DNA of 63,689 bases, counting the filler, from Octopus bimaculoides (lineage: Eukaryota), in NCBI RefSeq assembly GCF_001194135.2. It is 4 parts of 4 records of this genome, joined end to end, with 100 filler letters (N's around TTAATTAATTAA, not from the genome) between each part and the next. Parts side by side here need not be neighbours in the genome. Positions count along the whole stretch, not along the records: positions 50,494 to 62,455 come from NW_026422816.1; positions 62,556 to 63,689 come from NC_068992.1; 2 more parts are not named here. The stretch is one strand, 5' to 3'. Made by a program: the position numbers and the translations under genes. Shown piece by piece: positions 53,986 to 63,689 of the stretch. Within the stretch, counting starts at the first letter, position 1; the number at the start of each line of letters is the position of its first letter. The notes beneath the pieces are model-generated. The model made no database searches. It was not told where the DNA came from and was given only the letters and a program-made list of their open reading frames with translations.

Positions 53986-56289
53986 AAGCGCCCCAGTAAG
54001 TTGTGTGTATGGCCTCTTATAATATCCTCTGAGAGTGCATAAGCATTTTAATACGTAGACTTTAAGTCGACACAATGCATTTTGTTGAACTAAGTGTGGG
54101 GGTGGTGCGACTCGTCTTTTGTTTGCATAAGATGCGGGTTCGATTCCAGCATGCGGCCTTCTACCGTTCTACCCAACGGGCGTTTCTGCTTCAATATTTA
54201 AACACTATTCTATGTACCTTTTTCTGTAGTACAACTTGTACAACTCTGTGTGTAACGTCTGCGGCAGGGGTCGTCATCATCAAAAGACCCCCTCTTCCCA
54301 TACGTTTTGTGTTGCATGTTGTAGTTCTAGATACACTATCTCTGGGTACAATGCTTGTTGTACTGCCACACAAACAACAGCAATACCACTACCACATTCT
54401 CAACATCTACCGCTATTATCACAGCTATTATGATCGCTAGAACACATTCAAACACCGTCGCTAACACCTACTACCACCATTACTTCTACCATTGATACCA
54501 CTACCATCATACTACAACCAACACTGCACCAGTATCCCCGACATAGTGATCATAAGCGCTTGATACCATTACACTAACGTCATTAACACAACCACCACAA
54601 CCATCATTACTATTACCACCACCACCACCATCATCATCATCACCAACAACACCGCTACCATCATCACTATCACCAACTCATCACAACAACCACCACTACC
54701 ACCACCGCCACAAGACACCACTACCACCAAGACCACCATTATCACCATAACCACCACCATCACCTCCACTATCGTCACCACCACCACAAACCACCACTAC
54801 TACCACCAATACCACTACCACCACTACCACTACCATCATCACAGCCACCATCATCACCACCACACAATACCACATCCACCACCATCACAACTATCAACGC
54901 TGCACCCCGCCATTTGAACATCATCACCNNNNNNNNNNNNNNNNNNNNNNNNNNNNNNNNNNNNNNNNNNNNNNNNNNNNNNNNNNNNNNNNNNNNNNNN
55001 NNNNNNNNNNNNNNNNNNNNNNNNNNNNNNNNNNNNNNNNNNNNNNNNNNNNNNNNNNNNNNNNNNNNNNNNNNNNNNNNNNNNNNNNNNNNNNNNNNNN
55101 NNNNNNNNNNNNNNNNNNNNNNNNNNNNNNNNNNNNNNNNNNNNNNNNNNNNNNNNNNNNNNNNNNNNNNNNNNNNNNNNNNNNNNNNNNNNNNNNNNNN
55201 NNNNNNNNNNNNNNNNNNNNNNNNNNNNNNNNNNNNNNNNNNNNNNNNNNNNNNNNNNNNNNNNNNNNNNNNNNNNNNNNNNNNNNNNNNNNNNNNNNNN
55301 NNNNNNNNNNNNNNNNNNNNNNNNNNNNNNNNNNNNNNNNNNNNNNNNNNNNNNNNNNNNNNNNNNNNNNNNNNNNNNNNNNNNNNNNNNNNNNNNNNNN
55401 NNNNNNNNNNNNNNNNNNNNNNNNNNNNNNNNNNNNNNNNNNNNNNNNNNNNNNNNNNNNNNNNNNNNNNNNNNNNNNNNNNNNNNNNNNNNNNNNNNNA
55501 CACACACACAGACACACACACACACACAGACACACACACACAGACACACTCACAAACACACACACACACACACACGCATTCGCACACACTGAGGGAAAAC
55601 AACCACATACACATCCACACTCACAAACACTCATATGTGGATGCAATACATACATACACACACGCACACATATACACACACGCACTCAAATACACATACA
55701 TACACACAGACACACACAGACACAGACACACACACATGCACAGATACATATTTGTATAGACACACACACACATGACAGCCACACGTACATACACACACGT
55801 TCTCTCACACGCACATATACTCACGCACAAGTGCAAGACAGCCACACACACACACGCACACACACTTGTCAGTACATACGCACACACCGTCTTATCCCGT
55901 CTCCGTTTAAAGCTTGCTTAACCATCACCACGACCACCACCGGGACTCGCGCATGCGCATCTACGCACGTGTGTTTATAAATCTTTTATTATTATTATTA
56001 TTAATATTATTATTATCATCATCATCATCATTCTCATCATCATCACTATTCTTATTACAATTATTATCATTATTAGGCCGTTCATGCAGATCGAACTGAG
56101 CGAATCTTTCTTCCCTACGTCTCGTGTCATCGTACTCAACCCCTTAGCACAGCACTACCGCCGCCGCCACCGCTTCCAGTATCTATTCACCTGTACCCAT
56201 GCACCAACCCGCCACGCCGTTACCCATCACCGAATTACTCTTTAATTAAAATCATTTATCAAAACTAGGTTTTGAAAAATTGTCAAAAT

Positions 56290-57250
56290 TTCTATTTCAT
56301 TTTTCCTAACAATATGTATGTGCTTGCAATCTTACCTTACCGCCCGAGCAGCACATGCCATTAGTTTCATTTGGAAATTTGAAAGCTTTGCAGAAACGAC
56401 AATTTGAGTGTAGCACACCATTTTGTACAGAATTATCATTTTTATAGGAATAGGATGGATCATAGCTGAAAGCAGCTCCTGGTGTTGCGAAGAGCGAATC
56501 TGCATGTGATCTATTTCTGAGAGCTATCGTATTGGACCTCTGTCTAATCTGGCATGTTAAACGTTGTTCTAATGATTCAGCATTGAGTATTACAGCATGC
56601 CTTAGCTGATATTGGGAAAATCTCATCTCTCTTCTCTCTCGAGTCTGACGTGCAGCGGCATGCATCTGCTGACCTTGAGAAAGTCTCGTCTCCTTTCTCT
56701 GTCGAGACACTCGCCTTTGTTTTCTGTAATCGTCCTCGCTTTATACGTGTTTCTGGAGGGATTACGTCTTTCCTTTGGTGGCATATTTTTTCAATATTGT
56801 AAACAAAAAAATATGAACATAGAAAAAAATATACATTAATCACTATTTTTGTAAGCAATTGTAAATATATATTATGTCCGTATTTTTGTATGCTGTGTAA
56901 ATTTACGAAATATCAGCAAATGAACGAGATAGCACCAGCATGGAACTGCTAATTTAACGGTAATTGCCACAATAATTCAATAATTATTACAGAGAGACAA
57001 AGAATTTTATGTCTTACCTTGCAACTTCTGCGATAATTATTATCCGGTAATTGACCCGTAAATATGTATTGCTTATCATCCGGTAATGAAAGCGTAAATA
57101 TGTATTGTTTCAAAGGAAATGAACATAAAATTTTATATTGACACTGGCCAACTCGCACTTCACGCATGTCAGTCGTCCACAAAGTATATAAAACAAGCAA
57201 CACACAACAAAGAGAAAGAGACAAAAATAAAATAAAACGTGACAATTTTT
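56290..57250 (-). mobile_element. Helitron fragment (RepHel N-terminus with zinc finger and upstream tandem repeat)
   Basis: ORF 56306-56710 has R/Q-rich ETRL repeats, then AAFSYDPSYSY...CRFCKAFKFPNETNGMCCSGGKVRL (the AF.YDP...C..C.A.KF..E..GMCC..GKV.L pattern of animal Helitron RepHel N-termini). A 36-bp tandem duplication lies at 57037-57108. Confidence 0.85.
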
Positions 57251-57704
57251 TTTTTTTTTCTATAAACGTTCAATGACGTTGACTGGAGTGTGGGGTTCGA
57301 GTAGACGTTATTCCACCTTTTGATTTATCATTACCATTCTTTTCGTTCGATTTTACTTTTCCTCTACTTTTGTGTTTTTTTTTTTCTGTCCTTGTGTTGT
57401 TCCCTCTGTGTTTCGACCCTGTGCGGTTAATAAAAAAATTAAGTCGTCAGGTATGTATATGTATGTATAGATGTGTATGCGTGTGTATGTGTGAGTGTGT
57501 GTGTTTAATAACGTACCGTATATAGTATGTCTGTACTTTTGTATGCCGTATAAATTAAGGAAATAGAAGCACAACATACATTCTCATTTTTATATATATA
57601 TAGATATGTACATACAAATATATGTACACACACAAATATATATATATACATACATGTATACATATACATAGATATACAGATATACATATGCACATACATG
57701 TATG

Positions 57705-57736
<32 letters not shown>

Positions 57737-58866
57737 AATATGTATACATGTATTATATAGACACATGCATACATATAGACACATGCATACACATGTACTA
57801 TATAGACACATGCATACATACATACGTGTATATGTACATACTCATGTACATNNNNNNNNNNNNNNNNNNNNNNNNNNNNNNNNNNNNNNNNNNNNNNNNN
57901 NNNNNNNNNNNNNNNNNNNNNNNNNNNNNNNNNNNNNNNNNNNNNNNNNNNNNNNNNNNNNNNNNNNNNNNNNNNNNNNNNNNNNNNNNNNNNNNNNNNN
58001 NNNNNNNNNNNNNNNNNNNNNNNNNNNNNNNNNNNNNNNNNNNNNNNNNNNNNNNNNNNNNNNNNNNNNNNNNNNNNNNNNNNNNNNNNNNNNNNNNNNN
58101 NNNNNNNNNNNNNNNNNNNNNNNNNNNNNNNNNNNNNNNNNNNNNNNNNNNNNNNNNNNNNNNNNNNNNNNNNNNNNNNNNNNNNNNNNNNNNNNNNNNN
58201 NNNNNNNNNNNNNNNNNNNNNNNNNNNNNNNNNNNNNNNNNNNNNNNNNNNNNNNNNNNNNNNNNNNNNNNNNNNNNNNNNNNNNNNNNNNNNNNNNNNN
58301 NNNNNNNNNNNNNNNNNNNNNNNNNNNNNNNNNNNNNNNNNNNNNNNNNNNNNNNNNNNNNNNNNNNNNNNNNNNNNNNNNNNNNNNNNNNNNNNNNNNN
58401 NNNNNNNNNNNNNNNNNNNNNNNNNNNNNNNNNNNNNNNNNNNNNNNNNNNNNNNNNNNNNNNNNNNNNNNNNNNNNNNNNNNNNNNNNNNNNNNNNNNN
58501 NNNNNNNNNNNNNNNNNNNNNNNNNNNNNNNNNNNNNNNNNNNNNNNNNNNNNNNNNNNNNNNNNNNNNNNNNNNNNNNNNNNNNNNNNNNNNNNNNNNN
58601 NNNNNNNNNNNNNNNNNNNNNNNNNNNNNNNNNNNNNNNNNNNNNNNNNNNNNNNNNNNNNNNNNNNNNNNNNNNNNNNNNNNNNNNNNNNNNNNNNNNN
58701 CGGAGTTCGTTGATAAGAGCGATGGTGGAGCGGTGTCAGCTGTGGCGAGGGCTGTAGAATTGAGCGGAGTTGGGGGGGGGATGTTTAAGGTGAAAACGAA
58801 GCAAGCATGGAACAGAGAAAGACAAAACGCGTTATTTATACTAAGGACATTATCTTTATCATCATG

Positions 58867-58914
<48 letters not shown>

Positions 58915-59211
58915 GTCATCGTCATCATCGTCATCACCATCATCATCATCATTATTATCAATAATAAAAATAATAATAATTTTGGGGGAAGAGGCTTAGT
59001 CGATTACATCGACCCCAGTGTTTCACTGGTACTTATTTTAACGATTTAACGACCACGAAAGGATGAAAGGCAAATTTGCGATCGTATCTGGTAAAAGGAA
59101 ACTGAAAGAAGCCCATCGTATATAAGTGTGTGTGTGCGTATATATATGTGTTTGTATATAATATATATATATACACATATATGCATATGTGTGTGTGTGT
59201 GTGTGTCTATA

Positions 59212-59392
59212 GGCGCAGGAGTGGTTGTGTGGTAAGTAGCTTCCTTACCAACCACATAGTTCCTGGTTCAGTCCCACTGCGTTGCACCATGGGCAAGTGT
59301 CTTCTACAAGCCACTTGCCCATGGTCGGCCTCGGGTCGACCAATGCCTTGTGAGCGGATTTGGTAGATAGAAACTGAAAGAAGCCCGTCGTA
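59212..59392 (+). mobile_element. SINE family A 5' half followed by an expanded (TA)n and a gap; a family B (-) / A-core (+) fragment pair lies at 59000-59120
   Basis: ggcgcaggagtggttgtgtggtaagtagcttccttaccaacc...gaaactgaaagaagcccgtcg. Confidence 0.9.
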
Positions 59393-60316
59393 TATATATA
59401 TATATATATATATATATATNNNNNNNNNNNNNNNNNNNNNNNNNNNNNNNNNNNNNNNNNNNNNNNNNNNNNNNNNNNNNNNNNNNNNNNNNNNNNNNNN
59501 NNNNNNNNNNNNNNNNNNNNNNNNNNNNNNNNNNNNNNNNNNNNNNNNNNNNNNNNNNNNNNNNNNNNNNNNNNNNNNNNNNNNNNNNNNNNNNNNNNNN
59601 NNNNNNNNNNNNNNNNNNNNNNNNNNNNNNNNNNNNNNNNNNNNNNNNNNNNNNNNNNNNNNNNNNNNNNNNNNNNNNNNNNNNNNNNNNNNNNNNNNNN
59701 NNNNNNNNNNNNNNNNNNNNNNNNNNNNNNNNNNNNNNNNNNNNNNNNNNNNNNNNNNNNNNNNNNNNNNNNNNNNNNNNNNNNNNNNNNNNNNNNNNNN
59801 NNNNNNNNNNNNNNNNNNNNNNNNNNNNNNNNNNNNNNNNNNNNNNNNNNNNNNNNNNNNNNNNNNNNNNNNNNNNNNNNNNNNNNNNNNNNNNNNNNNN
59901 NNNNNNNNNNNNNNNNNNNNNNNNNNNNNNNNNNNNNNNNNNNNNNNNNNNNNNNNNNNNNNNNNNNNNNNNNNNNNNNNNNNNNNNNNNNNNNNNNNNN
60001 NNNNNNNNNNNNNNNNNNNNNNNNNNNNNNNNNNNNNNNNNNNNNNNNNNNNNNNNNNNNNNNNNNNNNNNNNNNNNNNNNNNNNNTATATATATATATA
60101 TATGATATATATGTGTGTGTACATTATTATCTATATATATACTCACACGCACACACATACACACATATAGATATATATATATATGTGTATACACGCACAT
60201 ATATATATATGTATATAAATAAATATAAACATATATATACTTATATGCATACGTAAATATATATTTTGATTTGTACGTGTGTATAATATATATGTATCAT
60301 ATATATTCAATACACA

Positions 60317-60422
<106 letters not shown>

Positions 60423-60525
60423 CAAACACAGATACATGGGTACATATATATTATATCGCGTAGGTCTTTGCTTGTATGTGTGGATAGAAAGATACACAGA
60501 TAGATAGACTGATAGATATATACAA

Positions 60526-60566
<41 letters not shown>

Positions 60567-61315
60567 GGCAGGCAGATAGACGGATACATACATACGTTCA
60601 TACATACATATAGATATACACAGGCGTAAATACATATACGAACACACGACATATATATACACACATATATATACACACATATATATACACACATATATAT
60701 ACACACATATATATACACATAACCATACGAACGTAGTCATGGAGCCCAGTTACACACGCAGCTCCCTATTAAAAGCAGATCTCCTCCACCATTCAAACTT
60801 CTCTCCCTAACTGACCCCTTATTGTTAAAATACAAAAAATAGCCCCTATTTTCACTCTAATTAATCTCCACAGAACAACAATAAGGTGACCATCATTTCA
60901 TTGATTAGCATCTCAACCGAAATTATTGGTGGAGGGGGAGGGGTGGGTGTTGATGATGGTGGTGGTGGCGCGGTGGTGGTGGTGGTGGTGTTGGTGGTGG
61001 AGNNNNNNNNNNNNNNNNNNNNNNNNNNNNNNNNNNNNNNNNNNNNNNNNNNNNNNNNNNNNNNNNNNNNNNNNNNNNNNNNNNNNNNNNNNNNNNNNNN
61101 NNNNNNNNNNNNNNNNNNNNNNNNNNNNNNNNNNNNNNNNNNNNNNNNNNNNNNNNNNNNNNNNNNNNNNNNNNNNNNNNNNNNNNNNNNNNNNNNNNNN
61201 NNNNNNNNNNNNNNNNNNNNNNNNNNNNNNNNNNNNNNNNNNNNNNNNNNNNNNNNNNNNNNNNNNNNNNNNNNNNNNNNNNNNNNNNNNNNNNNNNNNN
61301 NNNNNNNNNNNNNNN

Positions 61316-61374
<59 letters not shown>

Positions 61375-62114
61375 CAAACAGACAGATAGATAGATACATA
61401 CATACATTGATTGCTTGACTGGTTGATGGACGGATCAGTGAATTGACACATAGACAGACACAGACAGACAGGCGAACAGGCAGGCGAACAGGCAGGCAGA
61501 CAGTCAGCACACACACACACACACACACACAAAACAAACTTGCACACAGATAAATACGTTGAGGCACCTAGACAGAAACACAGCGGTAAATTATTTAAAA
61601 CACACCAAACCCTACTAACGATTGTAAGTAAAACGGGTAGCTGAGCTGGTGTCGATGGAAAGGGGTATGTCGGGTGTATATGAACGGGGTTTAGCAGATT
61701 TGTTTAACAGAATGGTTACAATATAATGAAGTGGGTGTATATTGAGGCTATTGCGTTAATGGGTTGCGTGTGGTGTACTGTGACGGGTGAGAAGCGGGTG
61801 GTTGTAATTTGATAGTTCTATATATCTGTATGTATACACTATATATATGCGTGTGTGTGACTGTCCGTCTATATGAGTGTGTGTGTGAGTGTGTGTGTGT
61901 ATACATAGGTAACAGATAGGTTGATAATCATACATACAGACATATACATACATACACATACATACATACATATATACATATATACATACATATATATAGA
62001 TACATATATATACGTACTTATGTTCGTCCGAGGGTAAGTCAGAAACCAAGGTGTATAAAAATTGCCATGCATCCATTATTTTCTGACTCACCCTGGTTTA
62101 TATGTATATATGTA

Positions 62115-62268
62115 TGTGTTGTGTGGTGAGAAGCTTGCTTCCCAACCACATGGTTCCGGGTTCGGTCCCGTACATGGTTACGTGGGCAAGTGTCTTCTAC
62201 TATAGCCTCGGGCCGATCAAAGCCATGTGAGTAGATTTGGCAGACGGAAACTGAAAGAAGCCCATCGT
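62115..62268 (+). mobile_element. SINE family A 5' half
   Basis: gcttcccaaccacatggttccgggttcggtccc...gggcaagtgtcttctactatagcctcgggccgatcaaagcc...gaaagaagcccatcg. Confidence 0.9.
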
Positions 62269-63319
62269 ATATACATATATATATATGTATATACGATGGG
62301 CTTTTCACATACATACAAACACACACACATACACGTATACATATGCATCTTACTTGCAAAACCATCACCCACACACATACACACAGGATCACAGAAAACA
62401 TACACTCACATACACACACATACACACACACACATACATAGATATTGTGAGACATNNNNNNNNNNNNNNNNNNNNNNNNNNNNNNNNNNNNNNNNNNNNT
62501 TAATTAATTAANNNNNNNNNNNNNNNNNNNNNNNNNNNNNNNNNNNNNNNNNNNNGGTTGCAACTGGGCACCGTCATAGCTTGGAATTCAACAGAGGATG
62601 CGGCAGAAAAACCTCCCGCATTTTATACGGCCATAGACGTGAGGCTAATAAAGTTAAGTTGGAGGTAACAGTGTCTTCATAAAGTTAATGATTTACCGTT
62701 TGATTTCTCAACTGCTACCATGGCTTAGACTGGTATATAATTATGTGATTGCGGTTGAAACATTTATTAAGAATGGTGAATCTGGAGTTTTTTCGCCGCA
62801 CCCTCCACAACACTATCAGTTCTTACCTCATGGCTTCACAAGATTTGTTCCAATTTATTGAAAACCTTAAGAAAACCGAATTCTTCCTTTAGAATAACAA
62901 CTTCCCAGAATTTAAATATTTGTTTTATGTCTGTTCAGTGCTTTTTATCTCTAACATGTTCTTTAATGATGGCGGTGGTGATGTTAGATGTTGTTGTTGT
63001 TGTTCTGAGTCTAATTTCCGTTTGGTTTACTTTTTCATTCTCCCATTTATTTTTCATCCACCAGAAACGTATTTTTCTTCAGATTTTAAACAACTCCAGC
63101 CTTGGAACGAAGAATAACGGCCCGTATCGCTAAGGGAACCACTTAAATTCTTTATTACTTCCGGAAATTTCAGTGTTAAAACATTTCATTCAAAATGCGT
63201 TGACGAACAAACAACATTGACGTTAAACCATCCAAGCTGCTGCTACTACTACTACTACTACTACTAGTCAATAGTTATGTTTATTCCTTCATTTGTTACA
63301 TGTATCCTATAGGCACAGT

Positions 63320-63530
63320 GAAGGCGCAATGGCACAGTAGTTAGGGCAGCGGACTCGCGGTCATAGGATCGCGGTTTCGATATATATCTTTTACTATAGC
63401 TTTAGTTCGACGCATACCTTGTCGGTGAAATTGGGTAAACAGAAACAGCATAGAAGCCCGTCGTTTGGATTGTCCTGGTCACTCAAAAGGTACAGCCTTG
63501 TGACTACGTCGTGCTGAGAATTAGGATCTT
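63320..63530 (+). mobile_element. Chimeric, degenerate SINE: family C head, family-A-like core and a remnant of the family C tail
   Basis: aggcgcaatggcacagtagttagggcagcggactcgcggtcataggatcgcggtttcgat, then actatagc...ccttgtcggtgaaattgggtaaacagaaac...gaagcccgtcg, then caaaaggtacagccttgtgac. Confidence 0.6.
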
Positions 63531-63689
63531 TTTTAAAACGGGGGCCACAGTATTTTCTTAACGAAACACTTTGAAACTTGGAACACTGGTAGAATGTGTC
63601 ATATAAAACATCTTTTTCTCTTAGTCTTCTTTAAAAATAAAAATAAATCCCTAAGTTATTTCATGTTAAAGTTGTCGTATTTCTGTAAT

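Noticed and set aside
63540-63689. Start of a possible Tc1-like non-autonomous element
   Set aside because: Truncated by the window edge; no partner TIR is visible.

Overview
This is eukaryotic, AT-rich, repeat-saturated genomic DNA with many N gaps. It is not prokaryotic: there are no operons, rRNA, true tRNA genes or CRISPR arrays. The tRNA-derived SINE families and extreme microsatellite load point to an octopod cephalopod (Octopus-like draft assembly); that is recognition from memory, not a database hit. No intact host protein-coding gene could be identified. Almost every ORF in the track is a translated microsatellite, an N-gap read-through or a TE fragment. The window is a graveyard of diverse transposons: a decayed Tc1/mariner, an R4/Dong-type RLE LINE, a Penelope GIY-YIG fragment, three RTE LINE remnants, a Tx1/L1-like and a CR1-like fragment, a mariner MITE, a FLYWCH-MULE, a structurally complete but internally deleted Gypsy LTR element, a Ginger/Gypsy-type integrase fragment, a Helitron fragment and about 15 SINE copies. 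The most interesting unexplained signals are two decayed minimal type-I hammerhead-ribozyme-like motifs (about 9250 + and 29850 -), a ~250-nt foldback nested inside a SINE, a ~55-nt near-perfect palindrome, SINE domain shuffling, and a few isolated minus-strand exon candidates, one signal-peptide-like. I found no support for a new multi-gene system.
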